A DNA stretch of 64,000 nucleotides from Chrysomallon squamiferum (GCA_012295275.1 CM022675.1:16678001-16742000); one strand, 5' to 3'. Positions 26,921 through 40,746 are shown, counted from the stretch's first letter. Made by a program: numbers and translations. The notes: generated by a model from the sequence alone, not told the origin.

Positions 26921-28444
26921 CTCTCTCTGCAACACACAAACAAATATACACACATTTACTTATAATATATGTAAATATTAGTAAAAATGTTTGTTTTTGT
27001 TTTTCATTTATCAAACTAACAAATTCAAAATGATTCTTATAATAATTTACAGATATAAAAAAACTTGTAAATCAAAGTCTCAGTACTGGTTTATCAAAGG
27101 ACCTGGTATGTGCTGTCTTCTGAAGGGAAGATTATGTTAAAATAACTTACTACTGCTAATAAAAGAGTAAGCCTATTAAAAAATGTTAATAAAAAATAAG
27201 ATGATATTTTAGAATTTTAAAATACCTTACTGAAATTAATGGTACAAATGTTTTACAGATTTTAAAACTTAAAGATTAAGTCATAAATTATACTTTTTGT
27301 TTAGAAGTATTTGAAGATTTTGAAATATATTAATGGGATTTGCTCTTGTACATGCATTCTGAAATTGAAGTATAAACTACAAATGTGTGTTTGAAGCTGT
27401 CATGAAGTGAGTCTTCATGGTGGGGGACAACCCTCCTATTACGTCAAATATGACAGTGATTAATGGATTAAAATTTAGTTTTAAACTAATTAAAATAAAC
27501 AAATGAGAAATTAATGTGAAGATTTTAATTATTGTGAGTTTTGCAGTAAAATAAATGTACAAAATATGAATGCAATAAGTGCAATACCATTAAAAAAAAG
27601 AACAGTAATGTTAAGCTTAGGGTAAATTGCTTAAAATAAAAATTCTTCAGTACTACTACTACCATTATTACTACAACAACAACAGCTAATAATAATAAAA
27701 GAAAAGAAATTGATTGGAAAAATAACATTTGTAAAAATTCAAAAATATAAAGTTTCATAAATTTATAAACTTGTTATAGAGTGTTATTAAGCATGTATTT
27801 TCATTTTCTATAACAGTAATAGGAAACAAAGTGGAATGGCAAAAACAACCCCCCACCACTTGTTCCGAGAAGTCTGAGAACACGAAAGAAACACAAATGT
27901 GTGATGAATAGGGACATGGATACTCAGTCTGTCATGACTTTTCTGTATATAACTTGAATTTATAAATAAATAAATAAATAAATAATAATAATTCAAAGGA
28001 AATGATTTAATTTTGATATGTTGTATATAGCTGTCTATAGCTCACTTCTAAAACACTGATACTGATCTGTCACAACAAGCACCACTGACTGTAATGGATA
28101 TGAAGAGATTTTTAGTGACAAAATAAACAAATATTAATTATCAAACAGTGATCACGTATATTCTCTCTAATTATACCCAGATTACCACCATAGCTTAATC
28201 TTCAGTTGACATTTTTTAATAGGCTTTGTTAATGTTTTGTGACACAATTTCAATATTAATATTATCTACAATATTCATTACAGATGATGAAAAGAATTTG
28301 GTGATAGCAAATAAAACTAACTGTAATTTTGTATAAAGAAAAGAAAATTACTCATCTTTACACTAACTATTCTCTAAATCACTCATTGTTCTAAAATGCA
28401 TCTTAAACAAATCATGTACAGGTAACTGGTAACAGAAAAGTACA

Positions 28445-29012
28445 TATGTACTCAGATATAATTATTATAGTAAAACCATATATATTATGTACTCTGATAT
28501 AATTACTACATAAAAACAAAATATATTATGTACTCTGATATAATTACTACATAAAAACAAAATATATTATGTACTGATATAATTACTACATAAAAACAAT
28601 ATATATTATGTACTCTGATATAATTACTACATAAAAACAATATATATTATGTACTCTGATATAATTACTACATTAAAAACAATATATGCATTATGTATGA
28701 TATATTTACTATATAAAAACAATATAATTAATGTGATATAATTATTATAAAAAACAATATAATTAACTTAATATAATTATTACATAAAAACAAAATACAA
28801 AATCAACAAATTATTATCACCTATTATCTTACAATATCTATAATCTTACTATATCTATAATCTTACTATATCTATAATCTTACTATATCTATTATCTTAC
28901 TATATCTATAATCTTACTATATCTATAATCTTACTATATCTATTATCTTACTGTATCTATAATCTTACTATATCTATAATCTTACTATATCTGTAATCTT
29001 ACTATATCTAAT
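28445..29012. repeat. Two adjacent AT-rich minisatellites (~41-bp unit 28445-28790; 17-bp unit 28834-29012)
   Basis: Units TATATTATGTACTCTGATATAATTACTACATAAAAACAA and ATATCTATAATCTTACT. Confidence 0.9.
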
Positions 29013-29350
29013 CTTCAGTTCAGATTTTTTGACATGCTCTGTTAATGTAAATATTGGCACAATTTTGAAACTTTTATATCTCAATATTTATTACAGATCA
29101 TTGTGATACGAAATAAAATTAATTAATTTAATATTGGGAATGAAATTAAAAACAGAATAAAGATAAAAAAAAGTGAATTTTGTATAGTGATATTAAACAC
29201 AAACTGGGGCGATCTTATGTTGTTATTAAACATTTGAGAAGACAGACAGAAAGAAAAGAGGAGGCTACTGCTGAAGAACAGTGACTAACACCTTCACTTG
29301 TTGACTTTCTGCTTGTGACTGATAATAAACACAGCACTTTAGTTTCATAC

Positions 29351-29391
<41 letters not shown>

Positions 29392-30669
29392 TTCATATTA
29401 TTTTGTACGTAGTAATCATTTATGCTTATACAAACAACTCAGTTTAAAATGAAATGGTTAACAAAGAAAATTATGATTTATTGTAAATCTCTGTGACTTA
29501 CTTTTGTTTCAGTTTTATTTTTCAGAGATATCTTAACACATTTATGGACAAGACATCATATGTTTACATAAAGTCTATTCTGTTACAAAAAACATTCAGC
29601 AAACAGAACAGACTCAAGTACCAGCCTACCTAATGAACTGCTGTGACACAGAGGGGGAGGTGTGAGGGTGGACATTACTTATAATAAGGTTAGTGTGAAG
29701 GTTTTTAGTTATATGAGTAATATTTACAAAGTAAGTATGACAGTATGCCATAAAGACAGCATCATCTAACTGTTGTTTGGAAACCAGATCTGTTGAGATT
29801 ATGATATTGTTACTTATATGTTCTCTATCATATATTTATTTTTATATTTAGAAAAAAATGAAAATAAAAAACAAAATCTTAATTGTTTACAGTTACTTTT
29901 TTCAACTAAACAGAGATCAAGCCTGAATTCCAGGAACTGCTCCTACTTTGATAGGAAAGAAGATACATCTTGTCTTTTAAAAACAAGTAATTATAATTGT
30001 ATGACGATTATGATAAATTATTATTCCTTATTTTTCCAGACATTCACCACAGTCACCAGACATTCACCAATATGTCTAGACTAGATGGAAAGTGTCAACT
30101 CATTTTTGTTTGAATGGAGGAAGAAGACAACTGACAGAAATGTTGTGAAGATTTGAGAAATTACAGTAGTTCTATAAAACATGAAACATAAGTGAAATAA
30201 AATTATATATAGGAAACAATAATTCATCACAAATTAGAATACATCAAAATGTCACAGAGAAAATAAAATATGTTGTATGTTTAATATTCTACAAATAAAA
30301 AAAGTTGCAAGAAAAACATTAATAAATGTTCAAGTGAAGTAAAAAGAATGCAAATATTAAATAAAAGTTGATTTGATTAAATATACATAAAATGATTTTA
30401 CAAAAAATATTATAAGTAAAACAATCAGGTAAATAATATTTTCCTAATTTGACTAAATTATAATAAGAAAGTTTGAGTTAAATATGTTTATACAAATTGA
30501 TCTTATTATTTTATCTCTGACAGAGGAGATTTTGCCCAGGACAAAGTATAGAAATGGTAAGCAGTTTTTTTGAAAGTTTAACTTTTTCAGTTGATTTGTT
30601 CATCTCTGTTTTATTATCATTACAGATATTTTATTTCATTTAATATTACTTAGTACCTTCACAGTTTCT

Positions 30670-33600
30670 ATTTATAAATAGCTTACATATACAGCTGTGT
30701 AATGTTTGACATGTAAATAAACCAGTCTACCTAATTAAATACTGCTGAATAGGTGGGTAGGTGAAAGTTTAGATTTTTAAAAATAGTTGAATTGTTATTA
30801 AATAAAAGTTGATTGGATTAGTTATACATAATGTGGTACTTTAGTAATTGCTACTAGTCAAGTTGTTGTAAGTAAAGCAACTGTTACTACACAGCTTATT
30901 CTAAGTATAATAATTAAATGTAATTCATGTATTTTTATTTATTTACAAACCTCTTTACAGAATGGTTTAACATAATTTAAAGAAATTAGAAATAGGAACA
31001 CTGGTTGTAAATGCAGTTTTAAACTGCAGAGTGTCTGTGTAACTCTCCATTTTAGAGAATTCCAAGGTAAATAAACCAGATTTCTAGGAATAAAGTTTGA
31101 ACAATAATAAGAAATGAATAAATTGTGTAAACACTGTTTACATAAGTTTATTTGCTATGAATGATTGAAAAGTATTAAAAACAGTAGTAAAATAGTAAGA
31201 ATACAAAATAAATAAAAATGACTAAAGCTAAAGTCAGAACTGTGAGTCAGTCTGATTTGAATGTTGAATTAAACAGAAACAGGTTTTCTATCACTGAATA
31301 TAGATACGTATTAAATAATCTGAAAAAAAATGGCTCATTGATAGTTTATATAAGATTAATAAATATTTCGTTAGTACACACAGCGCTTATCTAATGCTTA
31401 ATAATCTAGATAGTCCTCATAAAATATGTTTTAATGTAGTCAGAGCAGTCTAAACTTTTAATAAGGAAGATGGTGTTTATCAAATTGTAGAGAAAATAGA
31501 TATTGCTTTTTAAATGTTTATTTAATATACATGGTGGTTATAAAATATTTCATTGTTGAAGAGAGTGTTTGAATTAGGAAGTTATTATCAAAGGATTGCT
31601 TAGTTTTGAAATGTTATTAAATGTTTAGTTGTATAGATCAACTATTAATAGTTTTACAAAATGTTTGTTAGTATAGAAAGAATTTAAACTATTGAAGCAC
31701 AGACATAAACATTTCTATAATTGAACTCAGTTCATAATATTTTTTAAAGTTATACTGAAATGAAATGCAAAAAATAAATATAATAAACTAATATTAGTAA
31801 GTGTGACTTGTATTTAAGATATCAATTTCTGTGTTTTATACTATAAAATAGTCAATATTACTTTGACAAAAACAAGAATAAACAGAATAAATTATAAATT
31901 TAAATATTTGCAACTTGTCATGATTCTTCATATTATCCTTGTATCTGTTTGTAAGTATTCTGTCACAGCTCACCTATCTCTAATGTCATTTTCTAGGCTC
32001 TAAAAAATAATTAAAAAAAACAATGTAAAGAGAAAATTGTTAAAATTAGACACACATGATATTTTTATTTTAAATCAGAAAAACAAACAGTATCAATAAA
32101 AATAGTGTCAGTTTTCTCATACAAGAAGTAATAAACTCCATTTCTCAGTTTTCTGTTAGAGTTAAGAAGTAATAAATTCCATGTCTCAGATTTCTGTTAT
32201 AGTCAACAACTAATAGACTCCATGTCTCAGTTTTTTGTTATTGTCAAGAAGTAATAAACTCCATGTCTCGGTTTTCTGTTAGTTAAGAAGTAATAAATTC
32301 CATGTCTCAGATTTCTGTTATTGTCAAGAAGTAATAAACTCCATGTCTCAGTTTTCTGTTATAGTCAAGAAGTAATAAACTCCATGTCTCAGTTTTCTGT
32401 TATTGTCAAGCAGTAATAAACTCCATGTCTCGGTTTTCTGTTAGTTAAGAAGTAATAAACTCCATGTCTCAGTTTTCTGTTATAGTCAAGAAGTAATAAA
32501 CTCCATGTCTCGGTTTTCTGTTAGTTAAGAAGTAATAAACTCCATGTATCAGTTTTTTGTTATTGTCAAGAAGTAATAAACTCCATGTCTCAGTTTTTTG
32601 GTATTGTCAAGAAGTAATAAACTCCATGTCTCAGTTTTCTGTTAGTTAAGAAGTAATAAACTCTATGTCTCAGTTTTTTGGTATTGTCAAGAAGTAATAA
32701 ACTCCATGTCTCAGTTTTCTGTTAGTTAAGAAGTAATAAACTCCATGTCTCAGTTTTTTGGTATTGTCAAGAAGTAATAAACTCCATGTCTCAGTTTTCT
32801 GTTAGTTAAGAAGTAATAAACTCTATGTCTCAGTTTTCTGTTATAGTCAACACCTAATAGACTCCATGTCTCAGATTTTTGTTATAGCCAAGAAATATTA
32901 CACTCCATGACTTAGTTTTTGTTACACTGAAGAAGTAACAAAGTCCATGAAACAATTTTTCATTGCTGGCATTATAGTTAAATAATGTGCCCATGAGTAA
33001 GATTGACGATTGGTGATATTAGGATGTAGGCTTACATCAGAGACAGGTCATATATAGCATTCACAGTACAGTGTGTTGATTTGTGTTAATTAAAAAATGT
33101 CACTGTTAACTGATGATCAAAAATAATTTGTAACAAAGTAAATCTTACTCTATCAACTGATGGTTGTGAAATATTGTTTCATAAAGTTGTTTCAACTATT
33201 TATTTTGTCTTCTGTCTGCAAACACTACAAGGAAAAACAGAAATTTAATTCAAACTTGGTTTCAGTGTTTAAATGTTATTTTAAGTTTAAAGAGTTTATT
33301 CCTCTTATTTCATACCAACAGATAGTTGTAATTAAATTTTTCAGTGTTTGCAGTATCTGTAAAAACGTGATATTTATTTTGAGTATAAATTTTACTTGTC
33401 TCATATGGGATGTACTTTTCTTAACAATCTCGATTTTGGTTTTTAAATAATTTCTACAATTTCTATAATATTTGATTTGTAAAATAATTTAATTCGATTT
33501 TATTAACACATTTAGAAATGTATGCTAAACTGAGATTGAGATTTGTGTATACAGAAAGATATACAGATAGTGACACCCTGAGTAGGTTTTATCTGAAATT

Positions 33601-34040
33601 ATTTTAATCAAAGTTTTCTGAGATTTTGTAATATAATGTAAATACATGACAAAATGATACTTTTCACGATTACCCGAGTTCAGAACAAACAAATATGGTG
33701 ACTTGTGACGTCATGCAAAAAAGAGAGAAAAAAAGAATTTTCTTGCTTTTTTAAAAAATACCATTGGAGCAATTTTACATCGGTATTTTATAATTTTTAT
33801 CAATATATAAATATACAAAAATAAATTCTCTATTACTCACAGACACACATACATATACTTTTTTGTTTTAGAAAATATGTCCATTCAGAAGTTTTATAAT
33901 TATTATATTTTGAACATTTTCATACCTTGTCCTCCATTTTATTAATTTATTCTGTCAATGAATTTATTCTTCATACGTATTCAATATTTTTTCATTTTGA
34001 TCTTCATATATTCAATTTGTCTTACAGTTATTTTGCAGGC
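30670..34040 (+). repeat. Old diverged segmental duplication, copy 2
   Basis: Colinear with 13710-17095; interrupted by the 32123-32950 minisatellite. Confidence 0.8.
32123..32950. repeat. Minisatellite, ~39-41-bp unit, ~20 copies
   Basis: Unit AAGAAGTAATAAACTCCATGTCTCAGTTTTCTGTTA(TA)GT(C/T). Confidence 0.95.
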
Positions 34041-34680
34041 CCCAAGGAATCCTGATAATTGGTCCGGTACCTGTATAAAGATATTGAAAACAACTGGATT
34101 TTCTTACCCGTTTTCGATAATTTCCTGCAGATACACATTCTGTTCAATTCGGTAATGGGACTTCTACTTTTAAATAACTGTAATTTTCAAATTTTTGCGT
34201 ACGGATCAGCAAATAAATACACACAAAATAAATTAAAAAAAAAAAAAAAATCTTAACTCTTCCAATAAAAATGCACCAAAGGTAAATTATTTCATAGATC
34301 TGTTAATGGTTTATTAAATCAGTGTGAAAAATGGATGAAAACACAACACAATATATCACAGTACTTTTACACATTCTATTGTTAATATTAAAAGAGCACT
34401 GTTATATGCAGACTATGTTTTAGCTATCAAATGTTATTAATAATTATTTCAGCAAAAATACTACAAAAACCCAGAAAACTCGCATAAAACACACATAAAA
34501 CAAACACTTACTCACACAAACACACGCACGAACGACAAACAACAAACAAAACAAAACAAAATAAAACATAAACAAAAACGACATAGTAAATAAAATAAAA
34601 CATAAAAAGAAAAAACATAAACAAAAACGACATAGTAAATAACAACAAAAAAGAAAATCACAGATAATAAATAAATAAAA

Positions 34681-34715
<35 letters not shown>

Positions 34716-34896
34716 CAACAACAACAACAACAACAACAATTAATAAATTATAACACACACAGATAGGCCTATGGATGTGTGTATGTTACATTTTCATATT
34801 TATTATTATATTTTTTTTTTTTGAAAGTTAAAAAATGCTGAAATAAGATTCTGAGAACTTTCTACCTGAGAGGTTGTCTTGGTGGCCAAGCGTTAC

Positions 34897-35038
34897 TGTC
34901 GTCTGACTTCGGAAAGCGGGTCAGTGGATGCCAAGCGTTCAGTCGAATCAGCGCCATCTGAGCTTTGTGACGTCATATTTGGACGTGGACGTCACAAACG
35001 TCAGATGCCGCTGATTCGCACTTCGAAGTCAGACGATA
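34897..35038. other. GC-rich nested inverted repeat (hairpin) upstream of gene B
   Basis: Inner arms 34944-34974 / 34988-35018 (28 of 31 complementary, 13-nt loop). Outer arms 34899-34911 / 35024-35036 (13 of 13). Confidence 0.85.
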
Positions 35039-35674
35039 ATACACACATATATGTTTGCAGCATACATGAATTCGTACAAAATCATGAAAAGCTTCATACA
35101 CAGTATATACATGGCTATATACATACATTCATATAAATGAATATAAATATACACATATACATATACAAACATAGATATATAGAAACACGTATAATTCAAC
35201 AATTTATTGCTATTTGCATCAAATCCATGAGCGCTTTCAAAGGAATTATTAATAAGTGCAGGATTTGGTTTTATGATTCATTGCAAAACAAAGTTTAGAG
35301 ATACTGGGGTGGGGATGTTTTGAGACTGAGGGGGAGAGATTATAGACAGGCCGAGAGAGTGTTTCGCGATTTTTTTTTTTGGTATGTTTTTTGTTGTTGT
35401 TTTTAAAATTATCTTTTGTGTGTGTGTGATTATTTATTTATTTATATGTGTATGTATGTATATATATATATATATATATATATTTAATTTGCTTTTATTT
35501 AAATAAGATGAGATTAGTAACACATGCTACAAGCATATTGGCTATTTACCTCTTGTTTTTATAACAACAGAAAAGACAATTTAAATACATTACTAAACCA
35601 TCTGCTACATGTAAACAAGTGGCAGAGGTGACTTTCAAATTCTAAAGAAAAAACAAAAACAAAAGAATTGTGAC

Positions 35675-35689
35675 TATAAATAAAGGAAA
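35675..35689 (+). promoter_or_regulatory. TATA box of gene B
   Basis: GACTATAAATAAAGGAAA about 50 nt upstream of ATG 35737. Confidence 0.75.
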
Positions 35690-35736
35690 TCTTTCTGTTG
35701 AATCAGAGATCTGAAAAGACGAAATCTGCTGTAAAA

Positions 35737-35933
35737 ATGACTTTATTCCACGTTTTCGTTGTCTGCTTGGTGCTGCGGTTTTCTACTTGCTTAGGTAAGT
35801 ATATATTTATATTCATATCCAGAACACAGTTTTGGGGTCAGTTGCTGGCACGTACTGAAATATTAAACACTCAAATAGACACACAGATAGAAACACACTC
35901 CAATAAACACACAAAAACATACACACGCCATAA

Positions 35934-36006
<73 letters not shown>

Positions 36007-36581
36007 TCCTTTCGTATCAAATACTACAAACATACCCTCAAGTAATAGATTACGGAAATGCCTCCTTATATATGTTACAGAAATTATCTCGAACACTTCA
36101 AAATTTATACCGTTATATACTCTTACATATTTATAACAGAATTAGAGAAATATAAATAGGCCTATGCAATGGAAGCAAACTCTGATACTTTAAAGTAAGA
36201 TGTAATATGAAGAAATAATTTGAATGTAAGATGATTAATTCTAAGTTATGTTTTATTTGATTTTTGCCGTCCAGTTTTAATTAATAACAACAAAAACACT
36301 AATTTATATTGTTTCTCTCACAGTGTGCAGTCTGGACTGTCTGAATGGTAGTGCGCCAGAAGCTACTTGTACAAACTGCGTTTGTATCAACAACTGGACC
36401 GGGCTCACATGTGGTTTGTAGTTGGTTTTTTAGGTCGTCCTATGTTTTCTTATTTCACATTTTCTTTATATTATTATTATTATTATTATTCTTTTTATTA
36501 ATTTTCTTATTGTTAATGTTGTTGTTATTATTATTATAACTATAATTATTATTGTTATTATTATTATTGTTGTTATTGTTA

Positions 36582-36634
<53 letters not shown>

Positions 36635-36718
36635 CATTAGTTGAAGTACCTCATGCATGATTAAAATATAATAATGTAAATATTGTTTGATTTTCGCCAA
36701 CTGCAAAGCAACCATCAC

Positions 36719-36801
<83 letters not shown>

Positions 36802-37894
36802 CTACCACATCACATACGCATTACGCACGGGAATAAACTAACTGATAATTATTTTTGTTTTCAATTTCGCAGGCACATGTCCAATCACAGCTTGTCAAAA
36901 TGGCGGAACTTTCACTGCGGCGACGTGTGCATGTGCTTGCACAAACACATTCTACGGGTCAGCCTGCGCAACCTGTAAGTATTTAGTTAGGACACAAACA
37001 CATTCTACGGGTCAGCCTATACGGGCAGCCAGCGCAACCAGTGTTTAGTTAATACACAAACACATTATACGGGTCAGCCTGCGCAACCAGTAAGTATTTA
37101 GTTAATACACAAACACATTCTACGGGTCAGCCTGCAACCAACAAACACAACGGGTAGCCTGCGCAACCAGTAAGTATTTAGTTAGTACACAAACACATTC
37201 TACGGGTCAGCCTGCGCAACCAGTAAGTATTTAGTTAGTACACAAACACATTCTACGGGTCAGCCTGCGCAACCAGTAAGTATTTAGTTAGTACACAAAC
37301 ACATTCTACGGGTCAGCCTGCGCAACCAGTAAGTGTTCAAGTACAAACACATTCTACGGGTCAGCCTGCGCAACCAGTAAGTGTTTAGTTAATACACAAA
37401 CACATTCTACGGGTCAGCCTGCGCAACCAGTAAGTATTTAGTTAGTACACAAACACATTCTACGGGTCAGCCAGCGCAACCAGTAAGTGTTTAGTTAGTA
37501 CACAAACGAAAATATCTTTTCACTGAAGACTAATCTGTCACAAGAAGAAAATGTTCTGGCTGAACGTGTCTATCAAAATCTGCTATTTGTAATTTTCTGA
37601 AACACTACAGAAATGCGGTAAACGTTACCCGTATATTCAGCTTTTCTTTCATAAAGAATTTCTAAAAGAGTTTTACCAGAGATAAATAAACTGAAACGTT
37701 TTTAGTGGTTAATTTTGATGCTTAAATTCTTTAGTTGAAAACCGCGAGGACAAGAAAATATTTTCCTATGAAAAATAGTTTCAATCATGTGACACAGTCA
37801 AGACTAAAAGTCAGTTTCAAACTTTCATTTTTCTGTTTTCAAGAACCGAGACTGACCACGACTCTGCTTTTTTCCGAATGAATTTCACACACAC

Positions 37895-37925
<31 letters not shown>

Positions 37926-38508
37926 AGACACGTGTAAAAATAATATGAACTAAAGCTGCATTGTTTTCATAGAAAACTGTAATTAATTGAAGAAGGCATT
38001 GAGAATAAACACTCATTAATTATTCTTGTTTCTTGAATTTTATACAGACACACACACACTCAAACACGTGTAAAAATAATATAACGAAAGCTGCATTGTT
38101 TTCATAGAAAACTGTAATTAATTGAAGAAGGCATTGAGAATAAACACTCATTAATTATTCTTGTTTCTTCACCAGCGTGTCTGACGGGTTCAGCGAATGC
38201 TGCTTTACCGTTCTGGAATTTTTACTGCGCAGACGCAAGTATTAGAAAAAACTGCCAACAGTCGTGTGGAATTTGTACTTGTAAGTTTATTTCTTTCCAG
38301 ACAAAAACTACGTGTGTTCATTATAATCATGGGTTGTGTTTGTATGTGTATGTTTCTGTTTGTGTGTGTGCGTGTTTTTGTGTCTATATTTCTGTGTGAC
38401 TGTGTGTGTATGTTTGTGAATATGTGTGTGCTCGTTTGCTGTTAAATATGTGTCTGCGTGTCTATCTGTGTGTCTTGTGTTCAAAAACAATTGAAAGATT
38501 TTGTTAAA

Positions 38509-38580
<72 letters not shown>

Positions 38581-38596
38581 AAAATCAACAATAATA

Positions 38597-38632
<36 letters not shown>

Positions 38633-38707
38633 GTAATAGTAGTAATAATAACAATAGTAATGATAATAATAATGATAATAATAATAATAGTAGTAGTAAT
38701 GATGATG

Positions 38708-38745
<38 letters not shown>

Positions 38746-38952
38746 TAATAATAATAAAAACAATAATAATAATATAAATAATAATAATAATAATAATATT
38801 TACATGTTTCAGCATGTTCAGATAGAAGTGCCAGGTTTTGTGCTATTCTCAAACAGAGAACTGATTTTGGAGGAAGAGGTCTTCTTTGCGGAACAAATGT
38901 GGGACAGTGCACATCAATTTGTCCATGTAAGTTTGCTTATTTATTTATTTGA
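35737..38952 (+). CDS. Gene B: small secreted cysteine-rich protein, SP + 2 EGF-like + 2 ShKT-like modules, no CAP domain (~164 aa)
   Basis: All introns are phase 1. Exons: 35737-35794 (MTLFHVFVVCLVLRFSTCLG), 36324-36413 (CSLDCLNGSAPEATCTNCVCINNWTGLTC), 36873-36974 (TCPITACQNGGTFTAATCACACTNTFYGSACAT), 38176-38280 (CLTGSANAALPFWNFYCADASIRKNCQQSCGICT), 38813-38952 (CSDRSARFCAILKQRTDFGGRGLLCGTNVGQCTSICP...). A GTAAGT donor at 38927 makes the true 3' end uncertain. Confidence 0.85.
36940..37507 (+). repeat. 53-bp tandem array made of the 3' end of gene B exon 3 plus its splice donor, ~11 copies
   Basis: Unit CACAAACACATTCTACGGGTCAGCCTGCGCAACC(T/A)^GTAAGTATTTAGTTAGTA; the first copy is the coding exon end. 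Confidence 0.95.
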
Positions 38953-40581
38953 TTCTTTGTTCGTTTTGACTGAATCACATCAGAATAATATTTATATTTA
39001 TTCTTTGACTACATAATGTTCATGAATATAGCTGTGTTTTTTCTGTGGAGACATACAGATTTATCTATGGAAAAAGAAAATTATAATGCTATAGTTTGAT
39101 AATTTTTATATCTGTTATGTTAAAAAATGTATATCTCATGTTTAGTATATATCATAAATATGTTTTTAATTACCGTTTTAGAAATCAGAATTGTCCAGAT
39201 AATAACTTTCCAGTAATGACCATCATCGCTGTCATATTTCAAAGAAAATAAAATATTTATAAGAATTGTCTGTTGTTCATTTGTCTTCTTTTAATGTTCT
39301 CTGTCTTTCTTTCATTCTTCTTCATCTCTTCAGTTTTGTCAATTACAAATTTTAAACAAATAAGCATTTTCATTAATCCATCAATGATACATTGAAGATA
39401 TAAACCAGCGACAAAACCAGCAGTTAAACACACACACACACATATATACATACACACATACACAAATATACACACAGACACATACACAGACACACACACA
39501 CACGCGTTGATACACATGTAAATATGTTGACAAACACATACATACTTATGATGTAAATTAATGTACAAGTAATAAAAATATAAATTAAAAATTTTAAATT
39601 AAAATACTGTGTATATTGATATGTAAAAATTAATAAATATATTTACATTTTATATTAAACACTGTGTATTGATACGAACAAGTTAATAAATATATTTACA
39701 TTTTAAATAAAAAAACTCCATACTGACATGAAGAAATATATATCAGTCACAGTAACCTATGACCAGTGAGGTGAAAAATATTTTATAATTCTTCGATCAT
39801 TTGGTAGATCCCAACTCCATTCTATGAAGTCACTCTTGGAACTGAGTATCTTTCTACAGATGAAACGAGAGGAACACAGCTGTGTGATTTAGTGTAATTA
39901 TATTAATTTTATATAATAGTCTTTTATGGGACACTTGCTGTTGTTGTTTGACAATCAGGACGTGATTACTTTCATGTCTTGGGTCTGCTATTTTTTTCCT
40001 ACTGAGAGGATCTGTTATCACTTACCATAATTCAAAAATGTGTTCTATAAGTTTAGTGATAAAACGTGATGGGTACAAAAATGCGATGTTATCACCTCCT
40101 GTGAGGCTTCACGTTGGTCATCTTTAAAATTACTAACCAAGAAAACCAATTAACTTTCTCCACTGTTTTATCTTGTGTTTATCAGGAAAGTAAAATAAAT
40201 TTGATCACCTGATATAAACATACATTTGTAGTAAGCAAAAATGTGGTAACAGGTACAAGAAGAAACTGAATTAAAGCAAACTTGTGATTGGTTACTTACT
40301 CTGTACTAGTATTTCATTTTCTTGTACTTTGATTGACCTTCTATTTCGGTATATTCATACAATAAAAAAACAAAACAAGGAAGAATACACTGAAACCAGC
40401 CTCTTGGCGCTGTGGCATGTTGACCTTGGTGCTGCCCGGGGTCAACTCACTGACTGTAAATCCACAGAGTTGAATACAGAACCTACAACCGAGAAATGTG
40501 AGATGTCCGGACCCGCTACACAATAAAACAAAAATTGTTCAACCAAATATTCACGTACTTGTGCTTCTCCAGTTAATGTAA

Positions 40582-40746
40582 TATTTATAATTCAGACAAC
40601 TGTCAGTATATTTAGTAAAGTAACATGGTGAGTGTAAAACTGCCTCAAAGCATGTACGATTCTATAACCTGAGGAGGAGTCGGACATGAGACAGCTTGAC
40701 AGTTAATTTTGTACTCGCTGTTATCTGACTTTTATCAGGAGAGTAA
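40582..40746 (+). repeat. Third copy of the non-coding block found ~0.8-1 kb upstream of genes D (20230-20397) and E (50870-50730, minus)
   Basis: GAGGAGTCGGACATGAGACAGCTTGACAGTTAATTTTGTACTCG is identical in all three copies. Confidence 0.85.

Noticed and set aside
26428-27033. Longest ORF in the track (201 aa, His/Thr-rich)
   Set aside because: Entirely a CA-rich minisatellite read-through with no domain or splice support.
27398-27456. Structured segment CTGTCATG...TATGACAG with internal hairpins as a tRNA or snoRNA
   Set aside because: No tRNA A/B boxes or cloverleaf spacing and no convincing H/ACA or C/D boxes; cannot be supported without an Rfam search.
38308-39016. Poly-Ile/Asn/Leu/Tyr ORFs here and at 1369-1920, 19819-20178, 24432-24896, 47746-48121, 50052-50279
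   Set aside because: Products of (AAT)n or (GAT)n microsatellites; the real exons nearby are in other frames or strands.
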